Part shown: piece after piece, positions 1-13,244 of the stretch
How positions within the stretch are numbered: the first letter of the stretch is position 1
How the letters are laid out: every line of letters starts with the position of its first letter
Assembly: GCA_003693705.1 (NCBI GenBank)
Contig: RBZT01000415.1
Span: 124,001-188,000 of the forward strand
Direction: 5' to 3'
Source of the DNA: Polymyxa betae A26-41
Lineage: Eukaryota; Protista; Endomyxa: Phytomyxea
DNA length: 64,000 nt
Position numbers and translations under genes: made by a program
Notes under the pieces: model-generated
What the model was told of the DNA's origin: nothing
Seen by the model: the letters and a program-made list of their open reading frames with translations, nothing else
Databases searched by the model: none

Positions 1-591
1 AACAATTCATGTGATAATTGATGGCCAATACGTCATTACTTTCTAATGACTTTGTGTACAGCATTACTTGTGGCTCCACTGGGTCTCGATGCCGTCGTTG
101 CCTGCACCCTATATGGTCTATCGAAAATATCGGAAAAGTGCTCAATTCAACTTATCCCCACTTATAAGCTCCTGCTTCGTCATCGGTCGCTAACTGAATC
201 CTGTAGCGGAAGAGTAATTTGCGATCTGTCGCCATTTGAATCATAAGTCAATATTTTTGCTCTTAGGACTTGCTTAAATTTTACAATCAGTCATTTGTCC
301 CGTTAATGAAAAAGGTTTTGTTTGCGGTTGTTGAAACATCTGTCGATCATGAATTGGTACGAAAGAAAACTTGCTCGTCAATTTTTAATCGCTGATTGCT
401 TCGTAGTCAGTTGTTTCGAGTGATTCCTCAATGCCAGTTTCCTGTACATATACGTCCTGAAGGCCTCTATCTATCTAATTATTCAATCTATTCTGTTATC
501 CTTGTAAACTAATTGATTGTATACACTGTAATAAAACAATCTAATGCACTTTAAACAAGAGAAGGCATAAACCAATAAACGCATTGGCAGA

Positions 592-3500
592 TTAATGAGA
601 GTCCGCGAACACTTCTTCTTTCTTGGCCTTCCGAGAATCGCGCTTTCGAAGAGAAGCTTGCAAGATTTTTTTACGAAGACGGATGTGTTTCGGGGTGATT
701 TCGACCATCTCATCTTCGTTAATATATGTCAGAGCGGCCTCAATTGGCATGATTCGCTTCGGGGACAGCCGAACTGTTGGATAACATATGTCAGATTGTT
801 ACTGCAACGATGGTGGAAATGTTTGAGAAGAAATCCTAAACATGGTCGGAAATCGGTAACCCTATTAAGAGAGTTGAAACTAGCACAAAAGTTAAAGAGA
901 CCTCTTTCATCAGCACCCGCCGATCTAATATTGGTGAGCTGTTTGGCCCTGACTGGGTTTACGTCCAGATCTGTATCACGGTTGTGCTCCCCAATGATCA
1001 TGCCCTCATAGCACGACTCTCCTGGTCTATAAGAATTATCATTCTGTTCTCGAACTGCACCGTTGTTTACCCGATAAACAAAGTCCCGCGAGCTTCTAAC
1101 GAAGACAAAGCATACGCTGTAGATTCTCCTTGAGCTGAACCAAATTCAGCACCCAATCAAGAGATGTGAATCTGAAAGAGATACCTTGTGAAACAAGAAC
1201 ACCCTTTCTGTCCTGGTCCGCGCCACTTGCCTTACGTTGATACGAATGGAACGCCGAGCACATGATACCTACGAAATGTTCAACCGCACATACGGCACTG
1301 CATTTAGAGTCAAACCATTTCCGCGAGTATCGGTTTGGAATTCATTCCGGTATCCGATAAACAGGCGCGATGGAATGTGGAATACAAGGCGGTTGCGGGC
1401 GTCACTGTCGCTGTTAAATTCAAGAAGAGTACCACCGCGTCGTTGGAGTTTGTCAATGACGACGCTGGCAAATTCTTTCTCAACGTCGACCGTTACCTAG
1501 AAATGCATTCAATTGTCAACCAACTATGAAGATTGCAAAACATAGAAAATTTGCAAAGGTTCATATTGGACGAAAAAAACGATTGCGATGCCAAGACACC
1601 TCTTCCCAAGGCTCCAGAACATGCCCAGTTTCGGGATCACGGCGGAATAGAACCCGAGGCGGCGATACACACAATTCGAAACCTTCACGACGCATCTGCT
1701 CGATTAAGATCCCCATCTGAAGTTCACCACGGCCCTAAAGAGTCTAATCAGCGATTAAAGAGGAAACATCCTACCCAGTATAACCTGAACTTCAACGCTT
1801 TCGTTCGTGTGGGTCCCGGGTTTCAGCGAAACAGCAACATTGTTTTCGCACTCCTTCATCTAACCCAGAATGTTACAATTGGAACAGACAGCGCTGACTC
1901 AAACATACAAGACGATTCTTTAGAACAGTGGATGTCAGTTGAGAGCCATCTTGTCCTGCTAATGGACCTATACAGATTTTTGTTGGAGGCGACATTCCAA
2001 TTCCATAAAACCAATTATACAACGAGCAATGCGGAGAGAAAGGAAGTCACAATTTCAACGCTCCAAATGGATCAGGCGTAAAAATGGTCGAACATAATTA
2101 CCGTCGTTAACAGAGAAAGTCATGGAAATTGTGGGCGGGTCCAACGGCAGCGACTGCAGGGGCTCGGCGACTTCTGGATAGCTAACGGTATCTGTGACTC
2201 CGGCCCGGATCCCTGCCAGCGACACAATATCACCAGCGCCTGCGATATCCAAATCTGATGCAAAATTACAAAGCAGAAGCAACAAACATCTTGTTCGTAC
2301 TGAACTTCGACAGGCCCTCTCGTGACATCAGCTTCGTTATCTTCCCTTCGCCGGTTACGTTGGCATTGCGATCTAGACAGCGAATCGTTTCACCAACTTT
2401 GGCAATGCCGCCATAGATCTAACAACGTTATCAACTTGGCATCAATAATTCAAAAAAGCAACCTTTCCGGTCACAATCCGCCCAAGGTAATCGTCGTGCT
2501 CGATTGAGGTCACCAACATCCGAAACGGCTCATTACGGTCGACTTTCGGCGGCGCGATGTGCGATATTATGGCGTCATACAGCGGTTTCATCGACTTGTT
2601 ACTGTCATTCTCCTGCAAGTTACGTTTTAGCAAAGCGCAAGAAAATCGTGATGAAGTAAACAAAGGAGAACACAGAACATCCTAAAGAAGCCGCCCAAAC
2701 CTGTGATAAATCTGCGACAGCCCAGCCCTGTTTCGCTGAGCAATATAATACTGGAAATTCCAGCTGTTCATCATTTGCATCGAGATTAACGAACTGACGC
2801 AGAAAGCATCAGCGAAACGAAATGAGCAGAACAAAGCGTACCAGATCAAAGATTTCGTTCTCAACCGGCCCTGGGATTCGTCGCGCTGACCGATCAACCT
2901 TGTTGATAACGACAATCGGTGAGAGGTTAGCTTGAAGCGCCTTATTTAGCACGAACTTAGTCTGAGGCATGGGTCCCTCGGAAGCGTCAACCTGGTAAAA
3001 TAATATGTCAGAGCCGACTAAATTCAAAGATTCAAAATACGTACGACGAGGACTATGCCTTCTACCATTGAAAGGACACGTTCGACTTCGCCACCAAAAT
3101 CGGAATGCCCGGGTGTATCGACAATGTTGAGAACGTGGTTGTTATATTGAATTCGAGTACATTTCGACATTATAGTGATACCTGAGGTTTAGTAAACAAT
3201 GCGATGATGCAACCTCAATTGGAAACCCGAGAATTCGAACAAGGATCTTCATGAAGAGCGTAAGTGCAAGCGTGTAATAAAAGCGGATAGAAACTTATAT
3301 GGTCAACAAATAAGGGAATTTAAAACTGAAAGTCACCTCTTTCTTTCTCAAGCGAGATGCTGTCCATGATACGGTCACCAGAAACCTGACAGCCGCCCTG
3401 AGAAAGCAACCTGTCACCGCATATATCAGCAGAAATTTGCTGAAACAGTAAGACGAATGTACTCGTTGACAAGAGTCGTCTTTCCGTGATCTGAAGTCAA

Positions 3501-3670
3501 TATAAGCGACAAGCAGTCACTAATTACAGGCGCTTACCAACGTGAGCGACGATGGCGACATTACGGATCCGGTCAATGGGAGGCAAACGCAGGACATCGG
3601 AAGAAAATCGTCGGCACAGCAGAGCCGGGTTTAGAACCCGAGTCCTGATAAAGTCAAATCTGGCAAACAT
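592..3670 (-). CDS. typA: TypA/BipA translational GTPase, probably organelle-targeted; multi-exon
   Basis: Spliced exons give [10 protein letters not shown]|[18 protein letters not shown]|[84 protein letters not shown]. The Arg/Ser-rich N-terminus [24 protein letters not shown] resembles a mitochondrial presequence. Confidence 0.95.
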
Positions 3671-3686
3671 GACGATGCGGATGGAG

Positions 3687-4132
3687 ATGGCATCTGACGA
3701 CGGACTCCGTTTCCTTGGAAAAGGCGAGCAGCCAATCTGTAACATTACACCCTATACGGCCTCGAGCGAATCATTCAGTCTGTAACATTACACCCTATAA
3801 GGCCTGGAGCGAATCATTCTCTTTTATTGACGACTACTGTACATGGCATAGCTCCCCTCTTTCGTCAGTTTTACTTGCTGTAATCCTCATTGCATATTGT
3901 TTGCTAAACAATTCGTAGGTCGTTGCTGACCCGGCACAAATAAGCTTGACAGTCGAAGCAGGCTCGAGCCTGGTGAGCTAACTCTGCCCAAGCTAGCGAA
4001 TCCGAAAATCGGTCCTGTTCGCAAATGTTTTAGAGCATCCGATTTCAGGATATGCTGCAAACGAATCTGATCGATACACAGTTCGGCAAAGACCCAGAAA
4101 TTTGGCTGCCAACGCTAAGCATAATGGCATGA
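3687..4132 (+). CDS. Candidate small spliced orphan gene divergent from typA
   Basis: Open frame if GT-AG introns 3739-3778, 3868(or 3880)-3918 and 3973-4033 are removed: MASDDGLRFLGKGEQPIFCNITPYKAWSESFSFIDDYCTWHSSPLSS..VVADPAQISLTVEAGSSLSIRFQDMLQTNLIDTQFGKDPEIWLPTLSIMA*. No family recognised. Confidence 0.3.
3736..3819. repeat. Two-copy tandem duplication with 43-bp period
   Basis: tctgtaacattacaccctatacggcctcgagcgaatcattc followed by tctgtaacattacaccctataaggcctggagcgaatcattc (2 mismatches). Confidence 0.95.
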
Positions 4133-4281
4133 ATGTATGGATAACTCATCTACTCAACAACTGTTTATAATAACAGACTCCACCATTCGACAAACTGACA
4201 TTATAAAATCAATCTGAACTTATAGATTGTGCCCACAAGGCTACACGCTGATAAAAGGTGTGAATGTAAATAAATAAAAAT

Positions 4282-5645
4282 TTATTGTTGTGTAGAATCG
4301 CAGGACTGTCTTTGATTTTCGCGTTCCTTTAACAGTGCCACATACTCTTCGTAATCACGACGGTCTTGTTCATAGTCGAAATTATCGAATGGCTCCAGAT
4401 CACTACCAGACTCCTGATCACTGCGTTCATCTTCAGCCGCCAGTTCTCCTTCGGGAACCGTCGCCGACCGTCGTCCATCAAGAACAACATCTTTGGCATT
4501 AATCTTATCTTGAACTTCCTGGAAGCGCTCCTGTTTAATCTTCTCAAGCTGCTCATTTCGTTCCCGAATCCGCGCCTCCATAAATGGCAGATAATCGCTC
4601 ATATACTCGGCTGTGCATTCATCGATCTTGTCGAAAAATTCGTCCATCCCCTGGCCGGTGATAGCAGAGACGCCGACTGTTCTGATGTTCTTATAGAACT
4701 CATCCATAACGAAGGCCAGCGATCTCGTCAGCGTTGACATGAACGTTTTCTCAGCCTGCAGTGCCTCCTCGAATGCTTCAACATCCTCCATCCAGCGCTC
4801 GGCAAACCGATGGGAAACAACATCAGTCTTATTGAAGACGATGAGGAACGGTAATCTGGTCTTATACATAATACTACAGGCATATGTCATGTTCGACATA
4901 AACGTGACAGGATTCTGCGAACGGGGCGTGTCGACGACATAAACGATAACTGTCGGACCTGTGGCCGCCAACGATTCGGTAATAATTTGGCCTTAAGCAA
5001 GGAGTCAGGGTCTGAGACAATCAGAAGGGCGATGCTAACCTGAGGCGGACCAGGTGAAGACTTCGATTTGGCCAGGTGTATCGATCATGCAGTAGTCGAG
5101 AGGCGATTCGGATTTGCCAACGTAATCGATGACTTGGTCGAATCTGGTCGCGAACAAATTTAATGATGTCACAATTGCGCCATTTGGACCCTGACAATCA
5201 CAGCAACTTTAGCTTTGTTAATTGATGCTATTGCAACCATGTTAGAATAAGAACGTGGAAAGCTAAAATCATTCGCGAAAATTTTAATACAAAACATTGA
5301 GCTGGACTAGACAGCGAGAGCAGAATATCCATAGCATTCCAAAGAAAAAAAAAGGAAAATGTTAATAGAAAACGCAGTAAACAGTGGCATTGCACAAACC
5401 AGTTTATAGGTCTCCATAACGGATTTATAATCGATCGTATCGCGGATGTCGATATTAGTACGGTAAGGGACATTAGCAACAGCTGGATCCAGATTCATAA
5501 CGTACGCCAGACGACGATGTTGGCTGAGATGCGCCACGACCCGCTGCATGAAGGTTGTCTTACCACTGCCAGCCATTCCGATCACGATGCAGGTAGTTGG
5601 CTTCTTTCCATCGGTCTGTTCGGATGCCGCTCCCGCCATCGACAT
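4282..5645 (-). CDS. GPN1: GPN-loop GTPase 1 (Npa3/XAB1); multi-exon
   Basis: [71 protein letters not shown], acidic tail. Confidence 0.97.
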
Positions 5646-5795
5646 GACTGCCCGAATTCGAAATTGATCGAACAGGTCAGACTCGCAATCCGCAACGCAA
5701 TGTGGAATTTTTCGCTCCAAGTCTCCATTATCTACATTTTGCCAAGTATGGATTTTAAAGAGGCACTAAATAAAGATTAATAATGTCCAACAAAT

Positions 5796-8295
5796 TTATT
5801 GGTGACTAGTCCAGTGGGGGTAGGATCGGTTGGAGCTGTCGTTATACTGGTGTTGGTTTGAGAAATTCTGGTAACTATGAGCTTGCGAGTACTGCTGCTG
5901 GCCACCGTACCCAAACGATGCCTGCTGCGAAGGTGAGCCATCATTGCGGCGGTCAAATGCGTTATGTTGGATCGAAGCTCCTTCCGGGGCGGTCTCAATC
6001 ACATTTGACTCGTTGTTTTGTGTCTGGTGCGGTTGCTGCTGCTGCAGCATGTAGCGATGCTGGTCAGGCCAGGCCTGTTGTTCAAATGGGTACAGAACCG
6101 AGGGATCTGGGCTAACGTGTTCAGTTTCAGATTGCTTCGAAGACGGACCAGGTTCGCCTTGATGCTGGCCAATATGCATTCCCGTCGAGTCTACGTATTC
6201 AGTCTGGCCAACATATGCCGACCGGGGAATACCGGATTGGTACGGCTGCTGGTAGTTGGATCCGCTTTGATATTGGGAGTAATGCTGACGGAATCCAGGG
6301 GGACCATATCCCTGTTGATTCTGACCATAGAACTGCGGTAGGTAAGGCGCTGGATACCCATATGGCTGTCCATATCCGACCGGAATGTGACCACCTGCAT
6401 ACGACGGATGGTGATAGGCTCCCGTTAAACCTCCACGAGCCCGATCCGACTGACGCTGTTTGGTACCGCGAGGGCCACCAGCGTTCGAGCGTTCCACGCC
6501 TGCTTGTTTCGGGCCTTGAGATTCGCGCTCAGGCATGCCTTGTGCGAATGCGTTCGGTTGTTCATTTGGGGCCATCGGCTGAGCAGGAAAGTCTTCAGGC
6601 TGATGACGCTGGTTACTGGCAGCATTGCGGTGGTCCCTGCGCATCTTGTTGTTACGAGCATTGTTGTACGACTGTTGCCTGGGGCGTTGGACGCGTTGCT
6701 GTTGACCGTAGGGCTCGTAATAGGCAGGCATTGACGTGGTATCAGCGTCATAGGGCATGTAGGAAGGCATATTGTTCAGGAACGGAGGGTACTGAGCATA
6801 CATTGGCATGGCTTCGTAGTCATGACGGCCGCGGATATCAGGGACATCATCGGAAATTTCGTGTTCTTGATGCAATGCCTGCTGATGGAAATCAGCCTGG
6901 GCAGAATGAATCCGAACAAATTCAGCGTTTGGCGAAATCATCTCGGACTCGTCGTCGAGGGAGATGGTGCCAAACTTGATCATAGTCGCATTCAACCCGG
7001 CAACCTGCTGCGTTACAAACTGGGGTAATATGACCGGGTCCGATGTGGCTAGAAGGTCCTCGGTTGAGGGTTCGATCGGAGTGACTTCAACAGGGGGCAC
7101 GATAGCAGCCGTTTTCGAAGTTGGAATTTGGGATTCGGGTTCAGCCTCTGCAGCCAATGTTTCAAGTTCAGGTTGTGTCTCGGGGACCTCAGGTACAGCA
7201 TCAACGGCTACCGGAGCAGCATCCGCAGCTAGAGCCGGCTCGGGAGCACCCCATTGACCGACGACTTCTTCTTGTTGACCCCAACCAGATGTCGCCGGTT
7301 TCGCTTCGGGGTCGGCGGCGGCAGGTTTCGGTGATTCCGACGCCGATGTTGTTGGTGAAGACGACTGAGGCTTTGACAAGCTTCGTTTCGTGAGAGCAGC
7401 CCATGACATCGTGCTCGTCGATGGCTTCGGTTTGTCCTCAGCCTGCGGCGTTGCTAATGGCACGCCTTCGGCCTGACTAGGGGAGCTCGACGTCGGTGAC
7501 TTTGACGGAGCAGGTTCAGTCAAGACAACTGTTTCAGCATTCGCTTCGGGTTGCGTGGTTGGCTCAGCCCAACCGCCGGAATCGGCAGGAGTCGAACTGG
7601 CCCAAGCACCTGAATCGGAAGGTGTCGTTGAGCTTTTCCAAGCGCCAGATTCGGCAGGCATTGTGGACTGTGCTTCGCCCCAGTTGCCGGACGACGACGC
7701 CCATTCTGTCTGCGGCTTGGAGGCAGTGCCTTCAGCTTTGTAAGAATTTCGTTTCGGGCGATGGTCATAATTAGGTTGATCGTTACGATCCCGGCGTTCA
7801 GAACGCTCGCGACGTTCTGGCTTCTCTGTACGGTCGCGAGGTTCGTTGCGTTCAGAGCGAACGCGAGGCCCGGACCAACGCCGATCAGAAGGCTGCTCTC
7901 CAGGAGTCGCTGCCTTCTCCTTCTGTTTGCGCTTTGACTTTTTGCTCTGAACGTTCCAATCGGCAGCATTTTGATCTTCGCTGGGACGCAAATCTGACAG
8001 AAATCGTCAATTTGATGAGGGAAGAACGAACATATTGTATACCTTCAAACGCGTTTATCAACGCATCATTAATAACGTTAGAATTGTAATTGCATTTCTG
8101 CAGAAACGATACAATCTCGCTGTCGTTCCAGTCGGGCTTAACCTCGCACACCAGCTCAAAGTGTTTCTTCTCGGAGGCTGTCAAGTTAAGCTGGCGCTGG
8201 ATCTCGGTAGATCGTGCCTGGGCGGCAGCTGCCGCTGACACCGAGTCCGAGGCGACTTGCGCTCCGCCACGGCGGCTCTCGCGGGCGACCGTCAT
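5796..8295 (-). CDS. Def1/UBAP2(L)/Lingerer-like low-complexity protein with N-terminal CUE/UBA-like domain; 2 exons
   Basis: N-terminal EVKPDWNDSEIVSFLQKC...DWNVQSKKSKRK (UBA/CUE followed by W-x-V..KK), Arg-rich segment, central IKFG motif, Q/Y/G/P-rich prion-like C-terminus; intron about 7995-8042. Confidence 0.7.
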
Positions 8296-8751
8296 CGCGA
8301 TGGAAGTCGTTGATGGAAGGAAAAATATGGGATAGAGGCCGCGCTTGTCTGGCTTTGCTGCGACACTGTCGCGGGCCAAAGGGTTCTTAGAAAACTGCGG
8401 CCAGAGACCCCAACTCACTCTAGAAAGTGTTCACAACCGAAGTTGATTGAATAGGGATTGGTTTTGGCGAACTGGCGACAATATTGTGGTTGGGCCAGGG
8501 CGAAATGAAGAGTGGTTGTCCGAAAGTCTCCGAGGTCGAGATTCTGGTGCTGATCCTTGTGGATTAATCAGCCATAATTTGTCTGCCTTCACCGAGACCT
8601 TGAGGTCTATCCCGAAACCTATCATATGGTGGCCGGTTCGAACCACTTTTATTGTTCAATAGTTTTCGTTTTTTTTTCCTTATTGTCTGCTGAACTGATA
8701 TGGTTTGTTTGTAATATAATCAGTTAACTGAATCTTGTTGCCTTCAATATG

Positions 8752-9123
8752 TTAGAAGTTGCCTCCGGCAAAGTATGTAGCAAAAAGTTCTTCGACTGTA
8801 TCAGTCTCTAGAGCTTTCAAATGAACAGTACTGAGTTGCCGATTCAGCGTCCGTTTTCCAACGTTAATCTTGGCAGATTCGGCTCGCAGTGCCTGGAACG
8901 ACTCGTTAGCTGCCGCTACGAATGCTGCCAAATCAACACGACAACGCTTCTCCATCATCCACGTATGAAGAAAGGCACAAATCTCGGTGGTATAACGATG
9001 ATGAAGGCCGGTTGTTGCCATAAACCGCTGCAGTTCTTGTAAAGAAACAGTACCATCGCCATCGTTGTCTATGGCTGCAAACGCGTGCGACAGCAGCTGT
9101 CGTGATTGTCGCCCACAGCTCAT
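8752..9123 (-). CDS. Small EF-hand protein (5' end uncertain)
   Basis: FAAIDNDGDGTVSLQEL is a canonical EF-hand loop; a degenerate second hand (RVDLAAFV) follows. Confidence 0.65.
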   Translation of the reverse strand: MSCGRQSRQLLSHAFAAIDNDGDGTVSLQELQRFMATTGLHHRYTTEICAFLHTWMMEKRCRVDLAAFVAAANESFQALRAESAKINVGKRTLNRQLSTVHLKALETDTVEELFATYFAGGNF

Positions 9124-10055
9124 TTAAGGTCGTGTTTGCTGAGTCAATGTATCGTTCTCGTGCCTATTCATCGTCGTAATAGAGGCTATTCAGTGCCGTC
9201 GGAGTGAGCACTGCTTATTTAGAGCATTGAACTTTAGGCGTCGGTCCTCCATACGAGTGAAGCTTCTACCTTGTTCTTTGCTGTACCGGGATCAGGTTCC
9301 GCCAAATCTGGATGAAATGTACAGAATATCTCAGGAACCACAACTATCAGCTTGCATAGATTCTAGATGAGGCGCACAGATTATCTCAGATACCTGAGAC
9401 GTTTAAAGCACGTGGGATCGTAGTGGGATTAAACGGTTAAAAAAAGCAGGCATAAGTTTCGCGAGTTATATTTGAAACTGTTTTTTATGAATACAAACCA
9501 TCTTCAAAACCTGAAGTCCCGAATCTTGCCAGCCTGCAATAAAGTAGTTTCCATTTGACTGGCTCTACTCGAGAAGTCACTATAATCGCTACAACCATTA
9601 ATTTACTACGTTTTTGATTGTTCGAACTTTGAAGCCATCATTTCATCAGACTACAATGAGTCCACGCTAGAAGAGAAAAATTCTATTCCCGAATTTGTTC
9701 TCCGAAAATTTTCTAATCCTGGGAACTCTTTCAGTTTATGTTCACAGGAAGAAAACCTTGGATTCTTAGAACTTTAGGATCCTACTCTGGAGGATGGGAA
9801 GACTGATTAGGGGTTCGATTGTCCTCACGTCCACAAATACTAAAACAGCCCCCCTTATTTGACGTATGGGTGCCCATACATAGAAAATCGCTGAGCCGCA
9901 AATACATTTAGGAGGCAGAATGTGCAGTCAACTCAAAGGCATTCCAACATCTAAAAACGAGAGAAAATAAACAGAAATCTTGAATACCGCCACGGAATGC
10001 GAGGTCCGTAGATCTGGAAATTTCTGCTGACCTACAAAGAAAATCTCGGTTCTCA

Positions 10056-12920
10056 ATGGCGTCAACATCAGCCATGGACGATCTCGACGAGCTTCCATTC
10101 GTCATCGACACAACTGGGACACCGGTTGACGTCACTTCAGCTGTCGATCGTCGCAAATCGACCATTTTTGTCCGCAATTTGCCGTTCGACTTCACCGACG
10201 ATCAACTCCAGCGAAAATTCGAATCAGTCGGCCCCGTAAAACGTTCTTTTATCATCACTGGGAAAAAAGCAAGCCAGGGCTCCAGAGGGTCAGTATGGGC
10301 ATATTCCTCATCAACTGAAGTCACTGATTGACCATAAGATTCGGCTTTGTTATTTACGCCGATGAGAACGACGCCCAGGATGCCATCAAACAGCTCCATA
10401 ATACCGAACTCGATGGCCGTAAGATCAAGGTCGAACTGGCTCGGACGCCGAGCGACGCCACATCAGCCGCTGGTACGCCCGCTCCCCGACGCCAACAACC
10501 GGTCCGCCGTCGGCAGTTCTCCAAGAAGAAACCGGCACCCGGGAATGAGAGCGTCGTCATCTTAGAAGGCATTGACCCGAAAGCGTCGCCCAAATTTCTG
10601 TAGGCTCTGCAATTTTTTTTTGTTAACGACCCTATTGCTAATGAAGCCCACAGAGAAAAGAAAGTAAGAAGATTCGGACCTGTATCGATCTTCGATTTCC
10701 CTGCGGCAGAATCCACGTCGACATGCAAAGTGGCGAGGATCACTTTCGCTTCAGCTGAAACGGCACGCAAAGCCGTTCGCAATCTGGATAAGAAGGCGCT
10801 GGTCGTCGAGGGGTCGGAGCCGATTCGAGCAGGCTGGGCCGATGGCAAATGTGCCCGCGTCATCTTGCGAAATATTCCCTTTAACTGCAAAGAGCCTCGA
10901 CTGAAAATCATCCTGAAGCAGATCGGCAAGGTATTCTTTGTTCTGTTTTCTTCTCCTGCCTGAAGAATTCGTTGTTCGTTTCTGCTTTCATTTTCTCTTT
11001 GCTGCCTTCGTTTGTTATCCTGTTCGAGTGTTTCGTTGCTAATCCGATAGATTGTCTTTCATCATTCTCATGCTTCCCGGAGCTGAATTTCTGAAATATC
11101 AACTTCAGGTGAAAGAAGTCCACCTGCCAAAAGATCCCGAGAAGGGTGATGACTGCAACAAAGGCTTCTGCTTTGTCCAATTCGAGCAGTTTGCTGACGC
11201 CGCCAAAGCCGTTGCTCAGGGCTCCGTCAAGCTTGGTAGTATTGCCTGTGATGGCGTAATCACAATGTTTAAACAATTTTTAGGTGGACGAACCGTGGCT
11301 GTAGATTGGGCTTTATCTAAATCCCATTATCTCTCGCATCAGAATGATGCGGAAAGCGATGCGCCATCGGATGGCGAGAATGACGCAGCATCCGGCTCGG
11401 AGTCAGAGCTTGATGTTGATGTCGCCGACGCCATCGAGCAGGCTGAAGTCAGTGATCAAGAAGGCTCAGAATGCAGTGATGAGGACGCCGTTGAAGTTGA
11501 AGAAAACGAGAATGATTCCGAAGATGATTACAGCCAAGACGATAGCAACGATGACGAAGAAGGCGAAGATGACAACGATGATGTTAAGCCCAAGCAGGAA
11601 CGAGCTCGATCATCTCGCGATGTTCAAGAACAGCGCTCAGTTTTCGTCAGAAACGTTCCTTTTGAAGCCAGCGAAGATGCTATCAAACAGCTGTTTTCGC
11701 GATTCGGGAAAGTCAAATCCGTCATGATTGTCATGGATCGTGTAAGATTCGTGTGCTCGCTTATTCAGATCGCTAACCGTATGTTAGGATATGCAACGTC
11801 CTAAAGGCAGCGCCTTCGTTCAGTTCGAAGATGCAACAGCTGCTTGGGAATCAGTGAAATTCGCGGCTTCTGGCTGGTCCGAACTTAATAATCGGACAGA
11901 CAAGACTCGTCTTTTCAAAACTGTGTCTGATCATGGTAATATTGTCTGGCTTCGATTTGGCTCTAGAATTTCTTGACACCGAATGTTTTTTTTTTCAAGA
12001 TTTTCTCGGAACTGAAACTTAAATAGGTCTGCAATTGGGCGGACGTACGCTTGATGTGACGTTAGCTGTTGATCGATCACATGCGGCCAAATTACAAGAT
12101 GAAAATGGCAGAACGAAAAAGGAAGACAAGAAGCAAGCCCATCTTGTCAAAGAAGGCTATATCAATGCCGAATCTTCAGCTGCCAAAGGTATGTCTGAGT
12201 CTCATGCAAGATGCCAATGGCCTCAAAGATTCACGATGGGTTCTCAGGTCTGAACAAGATCGAACTGGCGATGCGGTCGAAATTGTACAAAGAGACGACG
12301 AAGAAGCTGGACAACCCGAACTATATCATGTCGAAATGTCGTCTATCTGTGCATAATCTCCCAGACGATATCGATGAGAAACGTCTCAGGTTGATAACGT
12401 TGACGTTTTCGCCAGATTTCATTCTCATTCTGATTCATTAGGTCGTGCTTCACTCAAGCTGTGAAAGAGGCGATACCTGTTGCGAAACCCATCGTGAAAC
12501 ACTGCATAATTGTTCGGGACAAGAACACTCTTGGAAAGGATGGAAAGCCCAGGTTCTCTCAATCGGTTGAGTTATCGTTGTGGGCTAACAGTTTTCAGGT
12601 CGTTGCATTACGGATTTATCGAATTTACTGAGCATGAACATGCTTTGGCTGCATTACGGGCTCTGAACAACAAGCCGAACGGTCTGGGCCCAAAAACGCA
12701 TCGTCCCGTGATCATGTTTGCTGTTGAAGACATGCGAAAGTTGGCGTTGCGGAAGGCACGTCTAGCGAAATCACAGCAGAAAATGAGTCTGGGGCGACTA
12801 CAGAAACGCCTGAATGTGTCTGTGCCGAATCCCGCAAAGGGCGGCAAGAAAAGGAATCGTGATAGCAACCAGCCGCAGTCTGCAACTCAAAGGCCTAATA
12901 AGAAACGATCTAAAAAGTAA
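10056..12920 (+). CDS. NOP4: Nucleolar four-RRM protein Nop4/RBM28; multi-exon
   Basis: RRMs: TIFVRNLPF..RGFGFVIY; RVILRNIPF..KGFCFVQF..VAVDWALSK; acidic linker; SVFVRNVPF..KGSAFVQF; RLSVHNLP..YGFIEFTEHEHALAALRALNN..FAVED. Confidence 0.93.
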
Positions 12921-13244
12921 TCTGCATGGATTTGGTTTAAACACTGGGGTTTTGCAAACGTACTTCGTTTTTGAGATCAAAAATCGCACCAGCTTGCTCA
13001 ATTGAATACATTACAGAAAACCATCACTTTGAATGTCATTTCTACGCACACATAAAATAGCTGGCAGAGAAAGCTGCCTAATTAGCACAACGTTCTTCCA
13101 TCTTGATCTCTGTACTCCATAAAAAGAGCGCATGACATCATTAGGGTTTGGTCACTGTGTGCATTGTCGTCAACTTGATTGTCATCGTTAAATCTGTTAT
13201 TAACGGTTGCTGTTGGCACTGTTCTAGTATGTATATCTCCCGAG

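Noticed and set aside
1-460. 3' end of a + strand spliced gene
   Set aside because: Intron-like segments are present but no consistent or recognisable frame could be established.
1533-2081. 182-aa + strand ORF as a nested gene
   Set aside because: It lies antisense to conserved typA exons ([15 protein letters not shown]); shadow ORF.
5191-5399. Intronic snoRNA in the long GPN1 intron (9-bp inverted repeat 5208-5216 / 5259-5267)
   Set aside because: No correctly placed C/D or H/ACA boxes; an AT-rich inverted repeat of this length can arise by chance.
9789-9836. tRNA or SINE-like GGTTCGATT motif
   Set aside because: The T-stem pairs poorly and no D-arm, anticodon arm or acceptor stem can be formed.
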